Virus record (IMG/VR): IMGVR_UViG_3300033997_000243
Location: 62,001-126,000 of that record
Strand: one strand, 5' to 3'
DNA: 64,000 nt
Part shown: positions 15,692-25,191 of the stretch, one piece after another
Layout of the letters: each line of letters begins with the position of its first letter
Position numbering within the stretch: the stretch's first letter is position 1
The notes under the pieces: generated by a model
Databases searched by the model: none
What the model was told of the DNA's origin: nothing
The model's input: the letters and a program-made list of their open reading frames with translations, nothing else
Made by a program: the position numbers and the translations under genes

Positions 15692-17317
15692 ATGTCTTTA
15701 GCGCCTAACAATCCGAGTGCGGGCGTCTATACTTCCGAGAACGTGATACCAGAACAAATCGCTTCAACAAGCGTTAGTACCGGTGTCATTGTAACGGCTG
15801 CTGATCGCGGTCGTGTAGGACAAAGAATCTTTGTCGGAAATAAAGGCGACCTGCGTACAAAGTTCGGAAAAAATAATCCAAAGCTTACAAAAGCTTTGAA
15901 TTGTGCTGAACACTTTTTAGAAGAAAGTAACGCACTTTACGTTACTCGTGTTGCCCGTGATTCAAAGTATGCTGGCATTTTAATTCGCACAGTATCAAAC
16001 TTTGCTACCACAATTAAACTTTCTGCTGGTATTTCAGATCCAACCAGTGTTGGATTGGGTGAAGCTGACATCATGTTGGTTTATGCTGATAACCAAGGAA
16101 AGTGGGGCGATGATCTTTACGTAGTAATGTACCCTGATGTAGATGATGTTGATGGACATCAGTTCATTTTTGAAATTTACGAAGGAACTACTTCTACTGT
16201 TCCGGCTGAGAGATTCTCATGTACTACATTCTATAAAAAGAATGACAGTGGTTCTCAGTTGTTTGTCGAGGATGTTATTAATAACAGAAGTAAATTGGTT
16301 AAAGTAAAATTCAACCATGAGCATTTTGTTTTTGCATCCAATGATTCTCCACTGTTAGTAAACGCAATAATTGGCGGCCCATTTGATCCAGTTTCTGGAC
16401 AAAACAACGGACAATTATTTGGTGGCGATAACGGTTTGCCAATTACTAACGGTGATTTAATTAACGGCTGGAATTTATATGAAGATCATGAAAAAGTTGC
16501 TGTAGATATTCTGATGTCTGCTGGCTACACAGATCTTCCTATTCTGCATACAATCAACGACATTGCTGCTCGTCGTTTAGATTGTATTGCTGTTTTAGAT
16601 GCGCCTGAGATATTAACTGACGCTTCTGACTTAGTTAACTTCAGACGTAACACTTTAAATCTGAATAGCAGTAGTGCCGCACTTTATACTCCTTACCTGA
16701 AAATGTTGGACACAGATAATTCACGTTCTTATTTCGTTCCACCTTCAGGTAAAGTTGGTGCTGTTTACGCAAAAACAGATAGTATTGCACGTAGTTGGTT
16801 TGCTCCTGCTGGTTTGAATCGCGCTATTCTTTCTGGCGTTGAAGAACTTGGTAGTGTGTTCAAGCAAGCTGATCGTAACATGCTTACTCAAAACCAAATC
16901 AACTTTATTATTGAGAAGCAAGGTTACGGAAATGTAATTTGGTTAGCTGATACACTTTATGCGAGTGGCGGCCCATTACAAGACATTGGTGTTCGTCGTT
17001 TACTTGCGATCTTACACCGTATTGTTCGTCGCGCTCAACTTCAATCTGTTTTCCAACCTAACGATGATTTCTTACGTCGTAAAATTCGTGACGATATGAT
17101 TGCATTACTTGCACCTATTCGTCGTGATCGTGGTTTGGATTGGTACGAAGTTGTTTGCAGTCGTGTTAATAACCCGAACGATCAAATTGCAAACGGCGAT
17201 TTAGTTTGTGATGTGTATTTAGATCCTACACGTTACACTAAACGTATCCACTTGAATGCAATCGTGCCGAAGAAAGGCGCTATTTCGTTCTCTGAAACTT
17301 TCTTGGATGCTGCCTAA
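15692..17317 (+). CDS. Contractile tail sheath protein
   Basis: N-terminal PSAGVYTSE; PPSG.V.AVYAKTD...WFAPAG.NR; NQINFI; IGVRRLL; C-terminal GDLVCDVYLDP. Confidence 0.95.
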   Translation: MSLAPNNPSAGVYTSENVIPEQIASTSVSTGVIVTAADRGRVGQRIFVGNKGDLRTKFGKNNPKLTKALNCAEHFLEESNALYVTRVARDSKYAGILIRTVSNFATTIKLSAGISDPTSVGLGEADIMLVYADNQGKWGDDLYVVMYPDVDDVDGHQFIFEIYEGTTSTVPAERFSCTTFYKKNDSGSQLFVEDVINNRSKLVKVKFNHEHFVFASNDSPLLVNAIIGGPFDPVSGQNNGQLFGGDNGLPITNGDLINGWNLYEDHEKVAVDILMSAGYTDLPILHTINDIAARRLDCIAVLDAPEILTDASDLVNFRRNTLNLNSSSAALYTPYLKMLDTDNSRSYFVPPSGKVGAVYAKTDSIARSWFAPAGLNRAILSGVEELGSVFKQADRNMLTQNQINFIIEKQGYGNVIWLADTLYASGGPLQDIGVRRLLAILHRIVRRAQLQSVFQPNDDFLRRKIRDDMIALLAPIRRDRGLDWYEVVCSRVNNPNDQIANGDLVCDVYLDPTRYTKRIHLNAIVPKKGAISFSETFLDAA

Positions 17318-17342
17318 GATTTTTTAGTTAAAGGAACCAATT

Positions 17343-17894
17343 ATGTCAAAAGTAACTTTGGATGAATTCACTAGCGTAGGCGATCCTTTATTGTCTGACG
17401 CTTTTGAAATCATCATTCCAAACTTGCCTACGGGCTTGAATAGTCAAGGTGGTCGTTTTTTCCGACTGCAATGTAAAACATTTACAAAGCCTGGTGCAAC
17501 ACTGGAAGAAGTTTTGCAAGAAGCTTATGGCCATACGTTGCGCTATGCAGGTCGTAAAACTTTCTCTGGTTCAATCAGCTCAGAGTTTGTTGAAAACAGC
17601 CAGATGCGTATGTACACTGTGTTGGAAGATTGGGTGAACGTAACTCGTTCTACAGAATTCCAGTTAGGTCTGTTCAAGCGCGAATATTCTGTTACCGCAA
17701 CAATTAATATCTTTGACCAAAAAGGTGCGATTACTTATGCAGGTGAACTGCGTGGTTTCTTCCCTAAAGGTCTGCAAGATATTAGCTTTGATGGTACTGC
17801 TGCCGCTGTTCCGGTAAACTGTGATTTTTCTTACGATCACTTTTATCGCACTATTCCTGCTCCGGTTGAACCTTCAGGTGTTCCAGCCTCTTAA
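17343..17894 (+). CDS. Tail tube protein (T4 gp19-like)
   Basis: Directly after the sheath gene; DPL....FEI.IP, YAGRKTFSG, FP.GL.DISFD...V.CDFSYD. Confidence 0.85.
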   Translation: MSKVTLDEFTSVGDPLLSDAFEIIIPNLPTGLNSQGGRFFRLQCKTFTKPGATLEEVLQEAYGHTLRYAGRKTFSGSISSEFVENSQMRMYTVLEDWVNVTRSTEFQLGLFKREYSVTATINIFDQKGAITYAGELRGFFPKGLQDISFDGTAAAVPVNCDFSYDHFYRTIPAPVEPSGVPAS

Positions 17895-17902
17895 TAAACC
17901 GT

Positions 17903-17928
17903 TGGGGCTTCGTATTGAAGCCCCATTT
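17903..17928 (+). terminator. Intrinsic terminator after tail tube gene
   Basis: TGGGGCTTC-GTATT-GAAGCCCCA TTT. Confidence 0.75.
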
Positions 17929-17946
17929 ACGTTTGGGCCACACATT

Positions 17947-18276
17947 ATGAAAATTTTAGTGAGTTTGTCTGTTGGTTATGAGGACATAGGAAGCACGAAA
18001 CCTGTCTTAAGACTTCACCGTCCTAAAAGACGCTTTGGGCCTCGTAGAAAACTTCCGAAACCTTTTAAACGCTTGGACATTCTAAAACGCAAGTTAAGTA
18101 ACATCAGAGCGCAAATAAAACAACGCTTGAATGCAACAACTTTCCGCTTAGGTGATCCTAAAAAACTATCTAAAAAGAAATCTGAAACAATTTCGCTTTA
18201 TCTACAGTACAAAAGATTGAAGCAACAGATTGAGAAGATGGAACAGATTCAAAAAACAAAGCCTCGGCTTATGTGA
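17947..18276 (+). CDS. Very basic (R/K-rich) small protein with shared leader
   Basis: Start moved from 17821 to ATG 17947; begins MKILVSLSVG. Confidence 0.7.
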   Translation: MKILVSLSVGYEDIGSTKPVLRLHRPKRRFGPRRKLPKPFKRLDILKRKLSNIRAQIKQRLNATTFRLGDPKKLSKKKSETISLYLQYKRLKQQIEKMEQIQKTKPRLM

Positions 18277-18282
18277 GGTCAT

Positions 18283-18963
18283 ATGCTTATTGTAGTCTCC
18301 GCTACAAATAAAAGAAGTGTCAAAGATTTTGACTGGTATAAATTCAAAGGTAAAAGATCCGTTGACATACCTAAGTCAAATCCTGAAGCCGACATTTCAG
18401 AAAACGATATATTCGGAGTTAGAAAAGTTGGTGAAAACTATCAACTGATCTTCAAAGAATATCCTGAAATCCTTTTCCGCCTCAGCGAAAAAATTGCCTT
18501 ACTTGTTCTCAAGCGTTCAATTGGTTGGACTGGTACTGTCTCCAAGATAAAAGTATTTGCTGGTAGTCTTGGTGGTGCTGAACCTAAACCTGCGAACACT
18601 TTGCTAGACAATAAACCTTTTGTTCCACCAAAGGAACCGAAAAGCGTAAAGGCTAAATTTATTGCACCCGAAGAAAATGCTGCACTTACTAAAAAGCTTA
18701 AGTCCTTAGATATTGACGGAATGAAGAGTATTAAGTTCCTTCAGGCACAAGAATTGATTCCTGGAGAAATAGTGTATTACTATGAAATCCGAAATGTTTA
18801 CAATCAATATTTGAAAAACAATGGCTTTAGAGTAGCACCTAAAAACTGGGGTGACGAAATAGAAGCTTTAATTGAAAGTATGGAACCTGATTTAGATATT
18901 GAGTGTAATACTGTTCGTTATCTTGGCGAAGTAAAACACATAATGTCTGTTGCAGAGGAGTAA
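18283..18963 (+). CDS. Hypothetical protein with leader-like start; N-terminal domain paralogous to an internal domain of 34345
   Basis: MLIVVSAT; DFDWYKF...DIFGVRKVG...LIFKEYPEILFRLSEK. Confidence 0.75.
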   Translation: MLIVVSATNKRSVKDFDWYKFKGKRSVDIPKSNPEADISENDIFGVRKVGENYQLIFKEYPEILFRLSEKIALLVLKRSIGWTGTVSKIKVFAGSLGGAEPKPANTLLDNKPFVPPKEPKSVKAKFIAPEENAALTKKLKSLDIDGMKSIKFLQAQELIPGEIVYYYEIRNVYNQYLKNNGFRVAPKNWGDEIEALIESMEPDLDIECNTVRYLGEVKHIMSVAEE

Positions 18964-18967
18964 TAGC

Positions 18968-19366
18968 ATGTTGGTATTTCTACCAGGAACTCATGTTGGT
19001 ATGCGAAATGGAAAGTTTCATCTTTCCGCGAATATAGTAATGAGCAATTTGGATGGAGCGAAGTTGCCTCGTGATCTTGCTCAGAAACTTTATAAAATTG
19101 CTAAGCACTCCAATATAGAATCATGGAGAAAAGAAGCAGCTTACATGCTTTGCTGTCTATCCGGCAATTTTAACAATAGCGTTAAGCAAACTTTCTTTGC
19201 CAATCGTGATGATATTCGAGAAGTAGTTGATCTGCGCTTTACATCTACACTCGAAAGAAAGGCAAACAATAAAGCAAACAGGTTTCGTAATCAAAGATTG
19301 TCGGATTTGTTTGAACAATATGCACATGAAATGGTAAACACTTTCTTTCCATTTGAGGTCGATTAA
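18968..19366 (+). CDS. Hypothetical protein
   Basis: SD GAGGAG before ATG 18968. Confidence 0.65.
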   Translation: MLVFLPGTHVGMRNGKFHLSANIVMSNLDGAKLPRDLAQKLYKIAKHSNIESWRKEAAYMLCCLSGNFNNSVKQTFFANRDDIREVVDLRFTSTLERKANNKANRFRNQRLSDLFEQYAHEMVNTFFPFEVD

Positions 19367-19368
19367 TT

Positions 19369-19902
19369 ATGGGCATATTGAAGATCGATGATTTAGCCGA
19401 TCTTCACAGTGGAGATAGAGAACCGTTTCAATCGTGGAAATGGTCGTTAGTTTCTTTTCCAGAAATTGGCGGATTTACGTTACCTCCTTCTTACTGTGAG
19501 GAAATCGGTTTACCGTTTCCAGCATTTGCTACCAAACAAAAAGAAATCGCTGGAACTACCGTTACATTTCCTGGAAATACCAGCATTGATAGTTTTGAAA
19601 TGATTATGTATGAGGACAGTGTTTTAAGTAGCATAGCCTACATACAAGATTGGCAGTCACTGGTGCAAAATCCGAGGACAGGTGGCTACAGAACACCGTC
19701 ACATTATTGGAAAGATTTTGCGGTAGAACTTTATAACAATAAAAATGAAGTAGCTGCTACTTCAACGATAAGAAATGTCTGGCCTATAAGTTTAGGGAAT
19801 CCACAACTTAATCAGGAAACTGGAAGGCTAAGGGTGAACGTACAATTTGTCTGTACTGCTCAGATTTTCCTTCCTTCCAAAAGAATAAACTTTTCAGGAT
19901 AA
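19369..19902 (+). CDS. Second tail-tube-like protein (gp19/gp54-like baseplate tube initiator)
   Basis: YCEEI.LPF, FPG.T....F...YED, W.......G.Y, L.N.WP..LG...L. Confidence 0.7.
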   Translation: MGILKIDDLADLHSGDREPFQSWKWSLVSFPEIGGFTLPPSYCEEIGLPFPAFATKQKEIAGTTVTFPGNTSIDSFEMIMYEDSVLSSIAYIQDWQSLVQNPRTGGYRTPSHYWKDFAVELYNNKNEVAATSTIRNVWPISLGNPQLNQETGRLRVNVQFVCTAQIFLPSKRINFSG

Positions 19903-19907
19903 TAACT

Positions 19908-20798
19908 ATGTATAGTCAACAGCAACCACTAGAAATTCCATTCAACAAACTTCCAAGCTTGGGACTGAACTACGAAAGCTCTACTCAAATTGCACAGTTA
20001 GTTCCATTTGACTTTAATTCCCTGATGAAAGTTAGTGAAGCTATAGAAACCGATGATTACTTACCTTTCATTCTTGCCGTGCAAGATCATTGCGGCATAC
20101 AGAATTTAGAGGTAGTAGACTTTTATTTTATTGTAGCACTGTTACGCATCATAACTCTGACAGATATGCCAATTCAAATGAATTGGATGTGCAGAGAAAA
20201 TCATCTACGAGTTCAGATAACTGGCGATTCAGAAATTTCTCAAGCTGCCGTTCAATTTCTTATTGAGCAGCATTTCAATTTTGATAGTGAAAGCAACACA
20301 TGGTTGTTGTACTCAGTAACTGAATCTCAATACAAAACTTTTAATGCTGAGATAACGGCTAATTATTCAGAGGTTGCTAAAGGATCTTGGTTTACCTGTA
20401 AAACCGAGAATTCCCAAGATCTAACTGTAGATCATTTAATGGAATTCGTTAAGCACTATCCAAGTGATATGCAGCTTGAACAAGGTTATCAAACTCCAAA
20501 AGCCATTGATATAGCAGATTACAATGCTATGGGTAAAAATCCTGCGCTGAAAAAACTAAGACCTGTCTTAATGTGGATGGATGAAAGTTTTGGCTCCACA
20601 CTACAAGACCGTTTGAAGTTTATGCAGACAAAGCCAAATAATATAGTGATGCCTATTGTTCAGCAAGCACTTAAATATGATGCTGATTATCGTGCCGGAA
20701 TTTCAAAAATTATAACTTGTCCTCCATGTTCGTGTTGCGGTGCTCGAACTGAACCTTATTCACTTAACATAACTCCAAAAATGTTCTTTGTTGGATAA
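19908..20798 (+). CDS. Baseplate hub assembly chaperone (T4 gp26/gp51-like)
   Basis: LPS.G..Y; L.VVDFYFIVALLR; W.C; C-terminal CSCCG. Confidence 0.6.
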   Translation: MYSQQQPLEIPFNKLPSLGLNYESSTQIAQLVPFDFNSLMKVSEAIETDDYLPFILAVQDHCGIQNLEVVDFYFIVALLRIITLTDMPIQMNWMCRENHLRVQITGDSEISQAAVQFLIEQHFNFDSESNTWLLYSVTESQYKTFNAEITANYSEVAKGSWFTCKTENSQDLTVDHLMEFVKHYPSDMQLEQGYQTPKAIDIADYNAMGKNPALKKLRPVLMWMDESFGSTLQDRLKFMQTKPNNIVMPIVQQALKYDADYRAGISKIITCPPCSCCGARTEPYSLNITPKMFFVG

Positions 20799-20801
20799 CT
20801 T

Positions 20802-21746
20802 ATGTATAGTAGCATTGGTGGTTTACCTAGCGAATACCGCTGGTACGACATAAAAGCTTTGAATGTTCGTCAAATTCTTCTGAGCGATATGTCAGCTATT
20901 GAAAGAAGTAAATCGCAATCTCGTATGCAAGATACAGTCAGTTTATTGAGTGAGTTTACTGATTGGTCTGAATCTGATATTTGGAATCTTACTTGCGGTG
21001 ATGCAATTTATATTCTAGCTTATTTAAGAAAAACCTGTTACACCGAAAGTCATTTAACTATGACTTGGGATTGTCATTCTTCTGCCGTCAAAAATGCAAG
21101 AGGAACAATTTTTCGTGAGTATAGCGATAAAGATGATCGCTGGCTTTTACGAAATAAAATGAAAAGATCTACGTGTGGAACTAAGAACACGAATTTAGTC
21201 TATGGTAATAAATACAAGTATGTTCCTATAATTCCAAAATGGAATAACCTTGTCATACCCTCAGACTGTCATGTTCCGACGCTACACGATCTTCATTTGA
21301 TTGAAGAATATTCTGACTCTAACGAACAAGATTGGCTTAAATACAGAAAATTTAAAGATGTTATTGCTTGCCTAGATGGAAGTACATTTGAGCAAAAACT
21401 TGAATTGTTCTCTGTTAAATATTCTGCAAAATTCGTCAAGGAAGTAAATAAATTCTATTCCGATTCTTATCATGGCGTAGAATTACGATATGAACTTGAT
21501 TGCGCTGAGTGCGGAAACAGACCTCAAATGGTTAAACGTCTTGGGCCTCACGATGTGTTGCCTAACATTACTGAAAAATCTGTAATGAACATGCAATTTA
21601 ATATCATGCAAGCCATGAACATTCAGGTAATTGAAGATACCCCAATCAAAAAACTCTTGTATTGGCACAGTGTTTATCAAAAGAATGCGGCAGAACGTAA
21701 ACAAAAAGAATTGGCTAACAAGGCCAAGAGGCGCTCTAGTCGTTGA
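20802..21746 (+). CDS. Baseplate hub/tail assembly chaperone, paralog of 19908
   Basis: LPS.Y.WY; LTCGDAIYILAYLR; W.C; CAECG. Confidence 0.6.
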   Translation: MYSSIGGLPSEYRWYDIKALNVRQILLSDMSAIERSKSQSRMQDTVSLLSEFTDWSESDIWNLTCGDAIYILAYLRKTCYTESHLTMTWDCHSSAVKNARGTIFREYSDKDDRWLLRNKMKRSTCGTKNTNLVYGNKYKYVPIIPKWNNLVIPSDCHVPTLHDLHLIEEYSDSNEQDWLKYRKFKDVIACLDGSTFEQKLELFSVKYSAKFVKEVNKFYSDSYHGVELRYELDCAECGNRPQMVKRLGPHDVLPNITEKSVMNMQFNIMQAMNIQVIEDTPIKKLLYWHSVYQKNAAERKQKELANKAKRRSSR

Positions 21747-21757
21747 GGTATTTCGCA

Positions 21758-24082
21758 ATGGAAGAAAAAACCGAATTGACCATTATCGATCTACTGGATA
21801 ATTATGTTCCAGACGATACTGTGGTTACGCCAGATAACAACGACGACACAAATATAACCGCTGAAGATTTTGCTCCTGATCAAATTGTTGATGTGCAGAC
21901 AACAGAAAATTCAAGTAGTGTTGAAGATACTGTTCAAGATATATCAGAAGATGAATCAGGAAACACTGTAATAAACAATACTTCTATTACAGAAGTCAGT
22001 AACACCACAAATGAATATACCACACAGTCAGATGATACTCAGTTAAGTGAAGGTATTTCTGATCTTGGAGAAGTCACTCAAGATCTTGTCGGTGTTACTG
22101 TTGAAGGAAATGAACAACAGCAAGATTTGCTTGGTAGCATAGATGCTACGTTAAGAAATCAATTTGAAGCCGATGAAAAGCAACGAAGAAAAGATGCTAT
22201 TATAAATGAAACTACTCCGTTTGATTTTTTAATAGGATCGGATTCAAGCTTGAGTGGTCGTGCTGGACAAAACGGTGGAATGCTTGGAGATCTAGCGGCT
22301 GCCGCTGCTGCCGCTGCTGCCGCACGAGGCGGTAACAACAAAGACGAAAAAGCAAAGAATAAAAAATGGAAAGACCAGACAACAAGTGAAAAAATAAGAA
22401 GTGGTGCGCGTACTGGAATAAAAGCAACTGGACTTGCAGCTATTGCGGCTTTAGTCGGAGCAACTGCTTACGATAAACTTGGAGGTAAACTTCCAGAGTG
22501 GGTTCCATTTACTGGTGAAGATTCAGAAGGTAATAGCGATAGCCCTATTGCAGATGCTGCGGCCACTGCTGGTTTAGTAGGTGCGACTTATCTTGGCGGT
22601 AAAAAAGTTTATCAAGCTTACACGGCACCAAAAGATGTTGTGGAAACTGCTGATACTGCGGAAGCAGATAAACCGAAAGAAGTTGATTCTGATTCCGATA
22701 AAAAGAATTCTGTTTCAAATGATACAGATAAATCACCGGATAAAAAATTCGGATTGAAGAATTTCAATAAAGCTGGTTTAGCTGGTGCTGCTGTTACTAC
22801 CGCAATGACAGTTTCTGAGATAGTTAATATTCGTAATGACGAAACACTTACTCAAGAACAAAAAAATGTAGCGACCGCTGATCTTGTAGGATCTACTGTT
22901 GCTTCTGGTGGTGCAGCTTGGGCAGGTGGCGCTGTTGGTGCAAAACTTGGAGCAAGTGCTGGTTTATTAACTGGGCCAGCTGCACCAATTATGGTTCCTC
23001 TTCTTGGTGTGCTTGGTGGTATTGCAGGCAGTATGGGAGCTATTGAACTCGCTGAGAATTCTGGCCTCGTTGAATTTGGCCAAAATCTTGCAGTCGATGT
23101 TTACGAAACTTCCTCAAATTTAACTGACTCTGCCGATCAGCTTTATAAAGATACGGTCGCTAGTGTTGATGCTACTGTTAAATCAGGTAAAGAACTTTTA
23201 GCTGGTGCAGGAAATGCAATAACAAATTTTGCAAACAGTTTGTTTACTTCAAATGAAACAACAGCCAATGCTATTGTAGATAATACGCTAAGCACCAAAA
23301 TGAAAGTTTTGGAGAGCACTTCCGATTTCTCTATGGAAACTTATTCTGCATTTGATGTGAATTCTACTGAGCAAAATTCAATAGGAATGTTAGCGAAGTC
23401 TATTGGATTACTTCCGGCCTCTTTAAGTCCGATTATAAATCTTTCTACTGAAGGATTAGTTGGATTATTCTCTACTTTCGGCATTTCACTGACAGACAGC
23501 ATAGATAGTTTGAAAGAAGAAATTTCTGAAATAGGTGATGCTCTTTGGGACAACATCGTTGGAATTTTTGAAGGTGATAGTGATACTGAACGCGCTTTAA
23601 AAGACGCTCAGAAAAAGTTTGATAGCAACACAAAACAAGAGTCTGGTATATTCAGCAACTTTTTTGGTTTTGGTAACGATAGTAAAACAGTTGTAGTTAA
23701 TAACACTGCTCCTGTTGCTCCTGTCGGCCGACTTAAACCAAAACAAACTTACACTGCAACTCCATTAGATCCTAATCTAAATATTGATTCGGATTATGGA
23801 ACAGCGGTTAATGTTACAGAAGCTGGCATGGTTGTTAATCCAGATCCTGCTCCAGTAATAAACAACTTTGTTGAAGAACGTCCCGTAGAAAAATCTGGTT
23901 ACGGAAATTCCAGCAAGCGTGAACAGAAACGTCCAGAAAAAGCCAGCATTAAAACAGTTAGCCGAAAAGATTTTGGTGGCAAAACTCAAAGCGGTACTGG
24001 CAGCGGTGTTCCTTCGTTAGCAAATACTCCTGTTCATATGGAAGATGCAACACTCAATTTAGTGAACCTTGGAATTTTATAA
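21758..24082 (+). CDS. Tape measure protein
   Basis: Position between chaperones and baseplate genes; Gly/Ala-rich hydrophobic segments (AGGAVGAKLGA..G..TGP); poly-Ala; SD GAGG before ATG 21758. Confidence 0.7.
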   Translation: MEEKTELTIIDLLDNYVPDDTVVTPDNNDDTNITAEDFAPDQIVDVQTTENSSSVEDTVQDISEDESGNTVINNTSITEVSNTTNEYTTQSDDTQLSEGISDLGEVTQDLVGVTVEGNEQQQDLLGSIDATLRNQFEADEKQRRKDAIINETTPFDFLIGSDSSLSGRAGQNGGMLGDLAAAAAAAAAARGGNNKDEKAKNKKWKDQTTSEKIRSGARTGIKATGLAAIAALVGATAYDKLGGKLPEWVPFTGEDSEGNSDSPIADAAATAGLVGATYLGGKKVYQAYTAPKDVVETADTAEADKPKEVDSDSDKKNSVSNDTDKSPDKKFGLKNFNKAGLAGAAVTTAMTVSEIVNIRNDETLTQEQKNVATADLVGSTVASGGAAWAGGAVGAKLGASAGLLTGPAAPIMVPLLGVLGGIAGSMGAIELAENSGLVEFGQNLAVDVYETSSNLTDSADQLYKDTVASVDATVKSGKELLAGAGNAITNFANSLFTSNETTANAIVDNTLSTKMKVLESTSDFSMETYSAFDVNSTEQNSIGMLAKSIGLLPASLSPIINLSTEGLVGLFSTFGISLTDSIDSLKEEISEIGDALWDNIVGIFEGDSDTERALKDAQKKFDSNTKQESGIFSNFFGFGNDSKTVVVNNTAPVAPVGRLKPKQTYTATPLDPNLNIDSDYGTAVNVTEAGMVVNPDPAPVINNFVEERPVEKSGYGNSSKREQKRPEKASIKTVSRKDFGGKTQSGTGSGVPSLANTPVHMEDATLNLVNLGIL

Positions 24083-24865
24083 ATGGCAAACTATTTACAG
24101 AGAGGCGGTACTCTTCCTGGAGTTCAAGGAATTGTACACAATAATCCGGCTGTACGTAAAGGGATTGAAGTTGATCCAATTTACAGAACAGTCATTAGAA
24201 ATCGCAGTGGAACCCTAAACTTTTCCGGTTATGTTCCTACTGATTTTCAAATAGCTATGGCTAGTGGTTGGCAACCTTTATTCTCTGGATCTATGGCGGA
24301 TCTTGCAGGTCAAACTGGTTTAATAAAACAAAGCAGTGCTGATTTATTTTCTGGCGCTGCCAGTTTATTAGGTGCGAGTTCACGAGTTAAAGCAGCTACT
24401 GCCCAAGCTTGGACAGAACCAGCTTATCTGCAAATAAGTCTACCTATTGAAATACACGCATATCAAGATACTAAAGAAGAAGTTATTAACCAACTTATTC
24501 GCATGAGTAAATTTGTTACACCTAACGAAAAGGGAAATTTTGATGGCACTGTTAAATTCGGTGCGCTTCAACCTCCTGGTCCGGCTGCTGGTGTTGCCAT
24601 TCTTGATAGTGTTGCCGATGGTACAAACTTTTCTATTGACGATGAATTTGAAATCATTTGTCAAGTTGGTAAATTTTTTCGCATGACCCCTTGTATAGTA
24701 ACAAACGTAGTTGCTGCACTTGATGGTCAAATGGAAGATGAATCCGGTAATCCTTTAGGTGTTGATTTCAATTTAGAGCTAACAAGTTATTTCGCGGTTA
24801 CTCAGCAAGATATAGAAAAATGGTTTGCTGGCGGCTTTGGTAATGACTTCAGTGAAAGAACTTAA
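24083..24865 (+). CDS. Baseplate tail-tube cap/initiator-like protein (gp48/54-like)
   Basis: After TMP; W..P.YL.ISLP....A, L.PPGP, .GKFF.M..C.VT.V. Confidence 0.55.
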   Translation: MANYLQRGGTLPGVQGIVHNNPAVRKGIEVDPIYRTVIRNRSGTLNFSGYVPTDFQIAMASGWQPLFSGSMADLAGQTGLIKQSSADLFSGAASLLGASSRVKAATAQAWTEPAYLQISLPIEIHAYQDTKEEVINQLIRMSKFVTPNEKGNFDGTVKFGALQPPGPAAGVAILDSVADGTNFSIDDEFEIICQVGKFFRMTPCIVTNVVAALDGQMEDESGNPLGVDFNLELTSYFAVTQQDIEKWFAGGFGNDFSERT

Positions 24866-24873
24866 GGTGCATC

Positions 24874-25191
24874 ATGAGTAAAGCCAAAACTGTTGTGGTC
24901 GATGAATATGGGCCAGATCCATTAGCCTTGACCTTGCTTGATGAAATATGCGCTATTGATCTGGCCTTTAGTGTAGAGATTGACGCTACATATTTAAGTA
25001 ATCCGCAACTGTTAGCCTACGATACTTTAGGTGATGTTGAATTATATTTCGTCATACTTAATTACAATGGCCTTTGTGATAGCTTTCAGGTTACGAGAGG
25101 AATGACTTTAAATATTCCAGATCCTAATCAAGTGAAAGAAATTTTAAGTCGCGTAGAAAAACGTCAGACTGCCACTAGGATGTCAATATGA
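24874..25191 (+). CDS. Baseplate wedge LysM-like protein (gp53-like)
   Basis: P.LLAY..LG...LY.VIL.YNG......GM.L.IP. Confidence 0.7.
   Translation: MSKAKTVVVDEYGPDPLALTLLDEICAIDLAFSVEIDATYLSNPQLLAYDTLGDVELYFVILNYNGLCDSFQVTRGMTLNIPDPNQVKEILSRVEKRQTATRMSI

Noticed and set aside
22294-22325. GCT/GCC poly-Ala repeat in the tape measure gene
   Set aside because: Ordinary low-complexity coding run
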